Part shown: one piece after another, positions 18,042 through 27,300 of the stretch
Layout of the letters: every line of letters begins with the position of its first letter
Position numbering within the stretch: position 1 is the first letter of the stretch
Notes under the pieces: model-generated
The model's input: only the letters and a program-made list of their open reading frames with translations
The model's database searches: none
Told to the model about the DNA's origin: nothing
DNA from: an uncultured Roseiflexaceae bacterium
Lineage (GTDB): Bacteria; Chloroflexota; Chloroflexia; Chloroflexales; Roseiflexaceae
Reading direction: 5' to 3'
Length of the DNA stretch: 44,211 bases
Assembly (NCBI GenBank): GCA_903889425.1
Contig: CAISXI010000325.1
Coordinates: forward strand, 1 to 44,211
Program-made: the position numbers and the translations under genes

Positions 18042-18923
18042 ATGTCAAATTATCGAATTTTTTACCATCCCGACACCATAAGCACGACCCATTCATTTGA
18101 TACCACGCGCAAAGGAGCAGATGTCGCTGAAGCATTAGCAAGCCAAGGATGGCTGATTAGTACACCGACGCCGTTGAGTGTCGCTGAAGCAACGCAAACA
18201 CATAGCGCAGACTATGTCGATGCGATAGTACGTGGGACACCCCGTGATTTAGCCAAATCGCAAGGATTTCCGTGGGATGCGCAGATGTGGCACTCAGTAG
18301 CTGCCCAAAACGGGGCCTTGCGCGATGCAGTCCTGAGCGCCATCACGGGGATACCGGCATATGCAGTAAGTGCAGGGTTCCATCATGCCCGGAGCAATCA
18401 CGGAGCGGGGTTTTGCACCTTAAATGGGTTGGCGATAGGGGCAGATATTGCCTTAAAAAACGGTGTCCGCAAGGTGTTTATCCTCGATGTAGATGCCCAT
18501 TGTGGCGGTGGCACCTATAGTATGGTACACGATTATGCACACATCGTACACCTTGACTTATCTGTGCATCACTATGACCAATACCCACCCACGTCACCGC
18601 ACCAATTATTGTTTGTCAATCATGCCAGCGATTATCTCACACGCCTGCAACAGCTACTGAGCTATGCAGAAGTTGATTTACAGGCTGGTGATCTGGTGAT
18701 TTACAATGCCGGAATGGACCCCTATGAAGGCTGTGACCTCGGCGGGATGCCTGGCATAGATGGAGTGCTCTTGCAACAACGGGAAGCGCTGGTGACGGCG
18801 TGGATTCGTCGGCACCAACTGAACGTGGCAGCGTGTCTGGCTGGTGGGTATAACGGTGCGGATTTCTCCCATCAAGAACTCATCGCCATGCACGTCATGA
18901 GTGTCACGACGCTCTTGCAGTAA
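18042..18923 (+). CDS. histone-deacetylase-family (arginase/deacetylase fold) Zn-dependent deacylase, compact 293-aa form
   Basis: Catalytic blocks read directly: SAGFHHARSNHGAGFCTLNG (His-His pair), ILDVDAHCGGGT (Asp and His metal ligands), YNAGMDPYEGCDLGG (Asp ligand), LAGGYNG (catalytic Tyr). Confidence 0.85.
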   Translation: MSNYRIFYHPDTISTTHSFDTTRKGADVAEALASQGWLISTPTPLSVAEATQTHSADYVDAIVRGTPRDLAKSQGFPWDAQMWHSVAAQNGALRDAVLSAITGIPAYAVSAGFHHARSNHGAGFCTLNGLAIGADIALKNGVRKVFILDVDAHCGGGTYSMVHDYAHIVHLDLSVHHYDQYPPTSPHQLLFVNHASDYLTRLQQLLSYAEVDLQAGDLVIYNAGMDPYEGCDLGGMPGIDGVLLQQREALVTAWIRRHQLNVAACLAGGYNGADFSHQELIAMHVMSVTTLLQ

Positions 18924-18941
18924 GCGTAATTGCAACAGTCC

Positions 18942-19778
18942 TTAGTGGTAGTATGTGTGACCGGCAAATTGATACCAAAACGGCGAGACGTGGGATTGGG
19001 TGGGATTGATATCCGGTATGGCAAAATCAATCACAGCCAGTCCCCGTGGATTGATCGTGGTCAAGGTTTGGGCAAATAACTGGGCAAGCAATTCGGCATC
19101 ACTCTGCATCGAAATGTTTACGACCAGCACATTGGCACCCAACCCACTAGCCGTCTGAATGACGTGAGTAAACCAACGCTGAAATTTGCCCGGGTCAATG
19201 TGCAGAAACGGTCCTAGCCGCTGCGGATAATTGAATTGCGTGGTAATTGCATCGACATACCACGGCCGTGCCAGTAAATCACCCACATCAGTGCGAAATA
19301 CCGGCAATTGTGGGGTGACTACGAGCGCATCATCAGCATTTTCACGTTGGCGATACAAGCCGTTTTGGATGACACAATCGGCAATCCCTGATGCAAACAA
19401 TAACGCGTTGTCCGGCATGCGGGCAGCAATAGTCGCAGGATGGCACAACCACAACGGCGTAGCATTGACCAAGGCCACACGGTAGCCACGCCGATACCAG
19501 GCCGCGGCCACGGTCAATGCGGTCTGATTGTGGACCATTGTGACTGTTTGTGGGAAAGAACGCCGTGGCGACAACAATGCATCCACAGGGATCCGGCGCG
19601 TAGTAGCCCGCGTTTGGGCATGCGCCTGTGCAATCGAAACGGTGGCTTGATTGGCGGTCATATACCATCCCCGTGCGACGATTTCTTGCGTGGCAAATAC
19701 CAAGCGTTGTTGCACAGTAGAGTGTATGTTGATCGAATCAACGTCAAGCGGGGGCAAATGAAGTGCAGGAACATTCAT
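18942..19778 (-). CDS. degenerate TIGR02452-like paralogue lacking the GGG...QEE and GAWGxGxFG loops (probable pseudoenzyme)
   Basis: Collinear with the 17004-17900 protein: ATQEIVARGWYMT, MVHNQTALTVAAAWYRRGYRVALVN, TPQLPVFR, LAVIDFAIPDINP. The catalytic loops are replaced by ATPLWLCHPATIAARMPDNALLFAS and VLVVNISMQSDAE. ATG 19778 has the SD gaggg. The track's longer ORF to 19997 runs through the upstream terminator hairpin. Confidence 0.75.
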   Translation of the reverse strand: MNVPALHLPPLDVDSINIHSTVQQRLVFATQEIVARGWYMTANQATVSIAQAHAQTRATTRRIPVDALLSPRRSFPQTVTMVHNQTALTVAAAWYRRGYRVALVNATPLWLCHPATIAARMPDNALLFASGIADCVIQNGLYRQRENADDALVVTPQLPVFRTDVGDLLARPWYVDAITTQFNYPQRLGPFLHIDPGKFQRWFTHVIQTASGLGANVLVVNISMQSDAELLAQLFAQTLTTINPRGLAVIDFAIPDINPTQSHVSPFWYQFAGHTYYH

Positions 19779-19961
19779 ATCACAGCCCTCATATTCAGTA
19801 ATTTCCCAAACCATTTTCAATTTCTGGGCATATCTTGTTTTAGCACGGAAAAAACGAATTATTTTCGGCATTTTTGACGAATTAGGATAATAGTTATGCT
19901 CAGGTGCCAATGATAGCAACACACCGCGATAAACAGCGTGCGCCGTAATATCAGGGAATAA

Positions 19962-19993
19962 GCGAAAGGAGCCGGTACACCGGCTCCTTTCGC
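19962..19993 (-). terminator. terminator hairpin downstream of the fasciclin gene
   Basis: 14-bp stem gcgaaaggagccgg / ccggctcctttcgc with a 4-nt loop, 36 nt downstream of the fasciclin stop (20029) on the minus strand. Confidence 0.55.
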
Positions 19994-20028
19994 TCACAAA
20001 CCATTAAGATAACACTAACGAGTGCTAT

Positions 20029-21423
20029 TTATTCTGGCAACAGCACAGTGTCGATTACGTGAATCACGCCGTTGGTGGTCATGACGTCAGTAATGATTAC
20101 TTGGACGTTTTTGTTCAGGTACACTTTGCCATCTTTGACCGAAATGGCGATCGATTTACCAGCGAAGGCAGTGTCTGCCATCTTGCCATCGAGGGTAACC
20201 ACATCGGCGGCCATCACGTTGCCTGAGACTACGTGGTAAAGCAACACATTCTTGAGGGTCTCGAGGTTCTCTGGCTTGAGCAGGTTTTCGACGGTGCCAG
20301 CGGGCAATTTGGCGAAAGCCTCGTCAGTTGGCGCGAAAACGGTAAAGGGTCCTTCGCCTTTGAGGGTATCTACCAGCCCAGCAGCCGTCACCGCAGCTAC
20401 CAAGGTAGTGAAGCGACCATCGGCTACTGCGGTATCAACGATGTCCGCAAGCTTGGCTGGGGGCAACAATACCGTATCGATTACGTGGATCACACCGTTG
20501 GTGGTCACGATGTCGGTGATAATTACTTGCACGTTTTCGTTCAAGAAAACATTACCATCTTTTACCGAAATGTTGACGGCGCTGCCAGCAACAGTGTCGG
20601 CCGTTTTGCCATCGAGGGTGACCACATCAGCTGCCATCACGTTGCCTGAGACTACGTGGTAAAGCAAGACGTTCTTGAGGGTCTCGAGGTTCTCGGGCTT
20701 GAGCAAGTTTTCGACGGTGCCAGCGGGCAATTTGGCGAAGGCTTCGTCGGTAGGAGCAAAGACGGTGAAGGGTCCGGCGCCTTTGAGGGTATCGACCAAA
20801 CCGGCGGCCGTTACTGCAGCCACTAAGGTGGTGAAGCGACCATCGGCTACTGCGGTATCAACGATATCCGCAAGCTTGGCTGGGGGCAACAATACCGTAT
20901 CGATTACGTGAATCACGCCATTGCTGGTCACGATGTCGGTGATAATCACTTGCACATTTTCGTTCAAGAAAACGTTGCCGTCCTTTACCGAAATGTTGAC
21001 GGCGCTGCCAGCAACAGTGTCGGCCGTTTTGCCATCAAGGGTGACCACATCGGCGGCCATGACATTACCAGCGACTACGTGGTAAAGCAACACATTCTTG
21101 AGGGTCTCGAGGTTCTCCGGCTTGAGCAAGTTTTCGACGGTGCCAGCGGGTAATTTGGCGAAGGCTTCATCAGTAGGAGCAAAGACGGTGAAGGGGCCAG
21201 CACCTTTGAGGGTGTCTACTAGCCCGGCGGCCGTTACAGCCGTCACCAGGGTGGTGAAACGACCATCTGCTACAGCGGTGTCAACGATATCCATGGCAGC
21301 GGGGACAGCAGTAGCAGGAACGACTGTTGCCGTAGGTGCGGCGGCAGGGGCGGCGCCACAAGCGGCCAAAACAAGCGAAGTGAACAACAATACGAACAGC
21401 GAACCAATTTGCAAACGTTTCAA
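20029..21423 (-). CDS. lipoprotein with three tandem fasciclin (FAS1) domains
   Basis: ORF track, 464 aa. Lipobox LVLAAC. Three units of about 141 aa carry FAS1 hallmarks (FTTLV..V..AGL...L...[34 protein letters not shown]). TTG start, 5 nt after ggag. Confidence 0.9.
   Translation of the reverse strand: MKRLQIGSLFVLLFTSLVLAACGAAPAAAPTATVVPATAVPAAMDIVDTAVADGRFTTLVTAVTAAGLVDTLKGAGPFTVFAPTDEAFAKLPAGTVENLLKPENLETLKNVLLYHVVAGNVMAADVVTLDGKTADTVAGSAVNISVKDGNVFLNENVQVIITDIVTSNGVIHVIDTVLLPPAKLADIVDTAVADGRFTTLVAAVTAAGLVDTLKGAGPFTVFAPTDEAFAKLPAGTVENLLKPENLETLKNVLLYHVVSGNVMAADVVTLDGKTADTVAGSAVNISVKDGNVFLNENVQVIITDIVTTNGVIHVIDTVLLPPAKLADIVDTAVADGRFTTLVAAVTAAGLVDTLKGEGPFTVFAPTDEAFAKLPAGTVENLLKPENLETLKNVLLYHVVSGNVMAADVVTLDGKMADTAFAGKSIAISVKDGKVYLNKNVQVIITDVMTTNGVIHVIDTVLLPE
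20032..21294 (-). repeat. three in-frame tandem 423-bp units (the last is 417 bp), one per FAS1 domain
   Basis: Plus-strand shadow ORFs restart at 20252, 20675 and 21098, a period of 423. Direct comparison of the units shows scattered, mostly third-position differences. Confidence 0.9.
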
Positions 21424-21511
21424 CGCAGCTCCATTTCATCCGGGTGATTATTTACCCAAGACTAACAATACTTGTACATACTTCATAAAATTTATCGTAC
21501 ATACATTAGTA

Positions 21512-21539
21512 ACTATATGCAAAAAGTGTATATAGTCAA
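21512..21539 (-). promoter_or_regulatory. sigma70-like promoter for the fasciclin gene (TTGACT - 16 nt - TATAGT)
   Basis: The minus strand reads ttgact atatacactttttgca tatagt, about 90 nt upstream of the TTG start at 21423. Confidence 0.45.
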
Positions 21540-22004
21540 GCGTTTTTGGGCTCTATAATCAAACGCTCATGCAGTGATAAACATGGTTAAGGATATTGTT
21601 CTCACCAAAAAACAGGTGCATTCCCTGTCATTTTGGAGAAACGGTAGCAAAGAAATAAATGTATTCAGGCTGTTTTGAACGGCTATAGTAACAAAAAATC
21701 TGTGCTTGCGGTAGCATTTTTATTAATTGTCTAGTTACCACAACCAACATTGAAAGAAAAAAGTGTATCAAAATTGTATTCATAAACAGTTTTTATTCTC
21801 ATCGCATAATCATCATATACTAAGCAAAGTAGACAGTTCACTTTGCGAATGCGCCCCCTCAATTACCTCATCTAATCGAAAACGAACATCATACGCGGTC
21901 ATCGGCGTACGCGTGCGACCGCTACTGTTATCACAGGAATGTCGGTGTACGTGCGAGCACGGGGTTACGTCATGCGGTGTAATCGTTATACCGTAGCCAC
22001 AAAA

Positions 22005-24269
22005 TTACAATTTGACCCACCAAGGCACTAACGAGGGTGGCGCCTTGCGTTTGGATTTACTGGTAGTGCTGTTACGTACTGGCGCCGGCCAATCACGTAT
22101 TTGCGGGTCGTTGATTATGTCATCTAACTGAGGTTGATTGGGTAAATAGTGTGTGAGTTGTTGGCGCAATACCGGCGATGCTCCATTGCGGATCAATGAA
22201 TCGTGTAGGTTGCCCAACGGCTTGCCACGATGGGCTGCCACCACATGATGCATGATGGCCACTGTCGGTTTAAGGTGCATTTCTTCGACAAAGCGCGATA
22301 CTTCGGGGATGGTGCTATTGGCTAGATCACCGGCGCGCGGACTGAGCGACACGCCGATATAGACTTCGCGCTTGGCGCGGGTGATGGCCACATAAAACAA
22401 CCGCCGTTCGGTTTCGACTACGCTCCCGCCGCGGGTGGGCGGCGTAGCGCTCTTGGTTTTGTCCCATACCGTCAATTCTTCGCTGAGTAACACGGGCATA
22501 TAGCCTTCGTGGGCGCGTGGGATAAATACATAGTCGTATTCGAGGCCTTTGGTGCGGTAAATGGTGGTAAACAATATTTGGTGCTCGAGTGGTGCACTAA
22601 AAGTATGATCAAGCCCTGCAAAATGGGTCACAAAATCACCGACAGCTAGCCCAGTACCCCGCGCATAGCCGATGAATTGATTGACACAATTAATGCGATC
22701 ACTTGAATCAGCGCCATTACCATAATAATTATGGAAATGTTCCATGTAATTAGTGCTATCGACGATGATTTGCAAGGCCTGATGGGCCGGCTGGGAGGTA
22801 CGCCACAATTCATCCACCCGCATCAATACGGTGATGAGTTGACTAATCCGCTCGCGACCAGGGCGGTTGAGTGGCGATTGAGTAGGATTGGTGAGACCAT
22901 GGAGTAATTCCCCCAGTGACATGCCATAGCGTTGGGCATCAGTGAGTGATTTTCTGATGGTATCGAGGGCCAAATAACGGTTGGGCAGGTTGATAATCGC
23001 CATCAGCACCCGGCCGATTTGCTCATCGACCAAATCGTGCCATTGTTGGCCAGCCTTGAGGTAATCGACCAAAGTAGCAATTTCACGCCGCTCAAAAAAG
23101 GGTTTTCGCCCCAACACACGATAAGGAATTTTGCGGGCGAGGCAGGCGGCTTCGAGCCCTTGCAATTGACTAAACGCCCGCCCCAGCACTACCACTTGGC
23201 TGGGGTCTTGGGTGCGTTGCACCAATGTCACTAACTGGTTACACAGCATGGTGTCGAGTTCGCTGGTTTGTTCGGCCTGCTCATGCACCATAAAGACATC
23301 AGTGTGATGCAACACATTATGTGCAGTAAGCGGTTTGGCGACTCGACTGCCGTTGCGACTAATCACGTTGAGGGCAACTTGGGCGAGGAGCGGCCCAAAC
23401 CGGAATGAATGTGACAAGGTGTAGTCGATGACTTGCTTGCCAAACACCTGACCCGTCATGGTCTGCAACATATAATCGGGGCGAGCACCACGCCACTCGT
23501 AGATAGTCTGATCATCGTCACCCACCACCATTACATCGGTATGGGGATTGACGAGGAGCTCGATGAGGCGTTGTTGGCCGGCATTGACGTCTTGGTATTC
23601 ATCGACAATCACGTAGCGCAGATGACTGGTGATTTGATGACGAAACAAGGGGAAGTCGGTGAGAAGCGACACTACAATCGGCACAAAATCATCAAACCCA
23701 ACAGCATGGCGTTTGTGTCGCTCGGCTTCAAAACGGATATAGACATCGACCAAGCCCGGTTCGCCGCTACTGGTGGCATGGTCGCGGTCGGGAGGGATGA
23801 GTTCACCCTTCCAGAGTCCGATGGCCATCAGCGCCATTTCAGCGTCGATGGTATTGAGAGGCAACACGCCTTCTTTTTCGAGGGCTTGGATTGTGCGATT
23901 GGCGAGGATACGACCCATCTCGCTGTCGTCAGCGGTCCACAATTCTTGGGGTTCGGGCATCAGTCCCACTTCGACGGCCCGGCGCATGATTTTGAAAGCA
24001 AACGAGTGAAATGTGTCGACACCGGGGTGTGTCGACTGATCAATACCGATATCGAGAAGCTTGGTGGTAAATTGTTGGCGCGCCAGCACGTTGAACATCA
24101 CGATTTGGATAGCGTGGCGTGACGTACCAGATTGAAGTAGTTGATTGACCCGATGCGCCATGGTGGTGGTTTTGCCAGAGCCAGCCACCGCCAACACCCG
24201 GGCATGGAAGCCAGTGGGATGAGCGACGACGGCCTGTTGTTCGGAGGTGAGTTGGTGCATACTATTCAT
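22005..24269 (-). CDS. UvrD/Rep/PcrA-type superfamily-1 DNA helicase
   Basis: ORF track, 754 aa. Walker A AGSGKTTTMAHR, motif II YVIVDEYQDVN, motif III VVGDDDQTIYEWRGA, motifs V/VI TIYRTKGLEYDYVFIP and ERRLFYVAITRAK. Confidence 0.9.
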   Translation of the reverse strand: MNSMHQLTSEQQAVVAHPTGFHARVLAVAGSGKTTTMAHRVNQLLQSGTSRHAIQIVMFNVLARQQFTTKLLDIGIDQSTHPGVDTFHSFAFKIMRRAVEVGLMPEPQELWTADDSEMGRILANRTIQALEKEGVLPLNTIDAEMALMAIGLWKGELIPPDRDHATSSGEPGLVDVYIRFEAERHKRHAVGFDDFVPIVVSLLTDFPLFRHQITSHLRYVIVDEYQDVNAGQQRLIELLVNPHTDVMVVGDDDQTIYEWRGARPDYMLQTMTGQVFGKQVIDYTLSHSFRFGPLLAQVALNVISRNGSRVAKPLTAHNVLHHTDVFMVHEQAEQTSELDTMLCNQLVTLVQRTQDPSQVVVLGRAFSQLQGLEAACLARKIPYRVLGRKPFFERREIATLVDYLKAGQQWHDLVDEQIGRVLMAIINLPNRYLALDTIRKSLTDAQRYGMSLGELLHGLTNPTQSPLNRPGRERISQLITVLMRVDELWRTSQPAHQALQIIVDSTNYMEHFHNYYGNGADSSDRINCVNQFIGYARGTGLAVGDFVTHFAGLDHTFSAPLEHQILFTTIYRTKGLEYDYVFIPRAHEGYMPVLLSEELTVWDKTKSATPPTRGGSVVETERRLFYVAITRAKREVYIGVSLSPRAGDLANSTIPEVSRFVEEMHLKPTVAIMHHVVAAHRGKPLGNLHDSLIRNGASPVLRQQLTHYLPNQPQLDDIINDPQIRDWPAPVRNSTTSKSKRKAPPSLVPWWVKL

Positions 24270-24275
24270 GGATTA

Positions 24276-24284
24276 ATCATAGCA
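24276..24284 (-). promoter_or_regulatory. extended -10 element TGcTATGAT placed for a leaderless helicase mRNA
   Basis: The minus strand reads tgctatgat taatcc ATG. The A of the start codon is 7 nt downstream of the hexamer, and there is no SD. Confidence 0.4.
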
Positions 24285-24342
24285 TGGAGGGGAGGTTTTT
24301 TCAGGGGGAGTAGGGAGAAAAAACAGACAAACAAGCATAATC

Positions 24343-24380
24343 ACGTCCCCCACCGCTGACTATCAGCAAGTGGGGGACGT
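24343..24380 (-). terminator. terminator hairpin after the RCC1/LamG gene
   Basis: 11-bp stem acgtcccccac / gtgggggacgt with a 16-nt loop. On the minus strand it is followed by the T-rich gcttgtttgtctgttttttctcc. It lies 16 nt downstream of the stop at 24396. Confidence 0.5.
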
Positions 24381-24395
24381 AACATGTAGTTTTCA

Positions 24396-27300
24396 CTAGC
24401 GGTGGTAAAAGGAGGAAAGATCCGGCCAAATCACGTTACTGACTTGTGCTTGGGCGGATTTTGGCAGCGGGTATGGGGTAGCTGATCTGGTTGGGGTTGA
24501 TGGTATCGGATACGCGGTCACCGTCCTCGTGGAGGTCTTGGTGGCAGTTGGCGCTGACTGGGTCAATACAATACTCGTCTGGCTAGCCCGTACTGCAAAC
24601 CATGTAGCAGTCAACGTCTGCACATAGAATGTCGGGCTTTTGCGAAACAATGCAGTCGCTGTTTTGGCGATAGCAGAGCGGGTAATCATCAATGGCGTGC
24701 GCGTAATCGATGGCGTATTTGTTTCACCATTATTCGGGGTAACCGTATACGTAATCGTAGCAGTCAAGGTTTGTGTAGCCGTCTGCGTTGCTGTGGCAGT
24801 ATTTGTACGGGTATTTGTCGGCGTACTCGTATTGGTCGCCGTATTACTCGTTGTCGGGGTATTACTGGGCGTCAGTGTATTGCTGGGCGTCAGCGTTTTG
24901 CTCGGTGTCAGCGTTTTACTGGGCGTCAGCGTTTTACTTGGTGTCAGCGTTTTACTTGGTGTCAGCGTTTTGCTGGGCGTCAAACTCGGAGTCAACGTCA
25001 TCGTGCCGGGCAGATAGGCGACAACTATTGTTAGCGTGGCCGGAATACGGGTTTTGGTTTGCCACGTGGCCGTTTTGGTGGCAGTCAATGTCACCGTAAA
25101 CGTCGGTGATTTTGTGAGCGTGGCACTGGTCGTAGCGGTCAATACCACACTACTCGGATTGGTGTTGTTGTACAGCATCCCAATTGTGGCATGTGATAAC
25201 GGCGCTGCATAAAGGAGCAAATCATCGAGTTGACCTTTGAAGCCACTCCCCGCTTCTGGTGCGCGTCCCACAAACAGGGTGCCACTATCACTGTAGGTGG
25301 CGGTGATTATTTGCGGGGTTTGGGCGTCTACTGACAGACCTAATTTGCCAGCAATTTTATCAAACCGACAGACATAGAAATGCCAATTGGTGTCACTCGC
25401 AATGCTCCCATTGATCTTTGTAGCTCCAATTGCACAGTATGGCTTATTATCACTATTAAAGCCGGCAGTAAAGCGTTTGGCTGCGGTCGTCCCGTGTACG
25501 ACTACGATATTGTTGCTACTATCGCTGCGTTTAGCCCAATATGCCACCGTAAAGCCGTTGGTGAATAGTGGGTTTTCACTCAGTTGCATTTGTTCGGTGC
25601 CGGTAAAGACCAATGCTTCGTCGTCATGACTGCCAATCACTACTTCCCCACATGCATTGGTGCCGGTACAGAGTAAGCGGGTACGATTGGGGGCCAGGCT
25701 TTGGAACGCAATATTATCGAAATTCACATCAACGATCCGATCCCCAGTAGGCAGATTGGTACCGTCTTGGAGTTGGCTATCGGTCAATGCAACTTTGTGG
25801 ATGACGATGTCATCGAGGCTCCCTACCAAACCACTGGCATTGTCATTGCGCCGCCCAATCACGACTGGTGCCGCAACACCACTAAATGAGGCGCTAGCGA
25901 CATCACTCGCAACAACGATGCCATCACGATAAAGCTTGCGGACTAAGCTTGTTTTATCAAAGGTACAGGCGTAGTGGTGCCAATTATTATCGGTATACCA
26001 GCTGGTAGTGCGGAGATCATTACCATAAAAGCTACAGTAGATACGATTTTCGGTATCCATACCCATCGTAAAATATTTACTTTGGGCAAAGGTAGTACCG
26101 ATACTCAGCGCAACATCATTGGTATTGACCCGGTCACGCCGCATCCAATAGCTTACCGTAAAGGATGTCCCCGTCAAATTAATCGTCCCTGTACTATTGA
26201 GCTCATCGCCACTTGTGTCGTTAAATCGGGCAGCCCGCTTGCGCATACCATTGGGGTCGCTTTGCGGGCACGCAGTGCTGGCCGCACAGGTATATGGGCC
26301 AGCGGCGCCTGTGTATTGCGTGACCAAGGCACGGTCATTCATGCTAAACCAACCAATTTGGTTTGCCACAATGGCCGCATCACTCGGTCGCATCGTCAGG
26401 GTTGGAATCAGCTGCGGGGACTGGGTGGGGATGCGTGTAGGCATAGTAGTACCTACGACTGGCACATCCTTGGTCAGCGCCACAACGATACCTGCGCCGG
26501 CACGGATTGCTACCACATTGCGGTTGGCATTCAAGGTAGCGAGTTGACTACTCGTCCCACTCGGCACATCCCCCCATGCCACGAGCGTCCCATCGTCACG
26601 TAGGGCAATACTCGATTGGTCACCGGCGGCAATTGCAACGACACGCGACTGTGCGAGGTACGGCACATCGGCTTGACCGCTGTCGTGTTGCTCGGCACCC
26701 CAGGCCACGACCCGACCGTCACCACGTAGCGCGAGCGCGTGGTAGCGACCAGCAGCGATTTCGACTACTCCACTTGCCAGATTGGGGGGAGTCAACAATC
26801 CTTCATCGTTCGAGTTGGCCCATACTTGGACCAGCCCATCGTCACGGAGTGTTACCGCGAAATCTGGACCGGCGGCAATATGGCGAACCATTGCTGGCGA
26901 GGTGATAGCAAAGCGATTTGACCACACCTTACCGTCACCCCGCAACAGGACGATATGGCCATCATTAGCGCGTAATTCATTGATATTGCGGGCAAAGGAA
27001 GGAGGGATGACTGGGGCATTTGTCCCCCACGCAATCACGGTATGATCGCGTTTGAGGACAGCACCAAATTCATCACCAAGTGCAACAGCCTGGACATTCA
27101 CCGTCACCGATACTGGCAATGTTTGCCCTGAAATACTTGCCGATTCATTGAGGGTTAATGAGTTGTCGTTATGCACAATGGCAATCGTATCGGTCGTCAC
27201 TGCCACATCACTGATATCGGTCGCACTTAAGGCAGGAATATCTCCCAGTGGCCAGGTACTATTGCCGTCATAAGTTGGCAATGTGCCAAATACTGGCAAA

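Noticed and set aside
19779-19997. 73-codon N-terminal extension of the degenerate macro paralogue (ORF track start 19997).
   Set aside because: The extension runs through the fasciclin terminator hairpin (19962-19993) and has no similarity to the paralogue. ATG 19778 has an SD and aligns with the paralogue's N-terminus.
21763-21996. 77-aa plus-strand ORF in the fasciclin-helicase spacer.
   Set aside because: It is Cys/Ser/His-rich and not protein-like, has no SD, and spans an AT-rich block. It is probably non-coding.
11659-25000. Tandem repeats (39-bp, 423-bp and 18-bp units) as possible CRISPR arrays or satellite DNA.
   Set aside because: All are in-frame coding repeats within long ORFs. 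They have no unique spacers of constant length and no cas genes.
24640-25099. Plus-strand ORFs with VLLGVS repeats.
   Set aside because: They are the reverse-complement image of the TLTPSK coding repeat of the 1624-aa protein.
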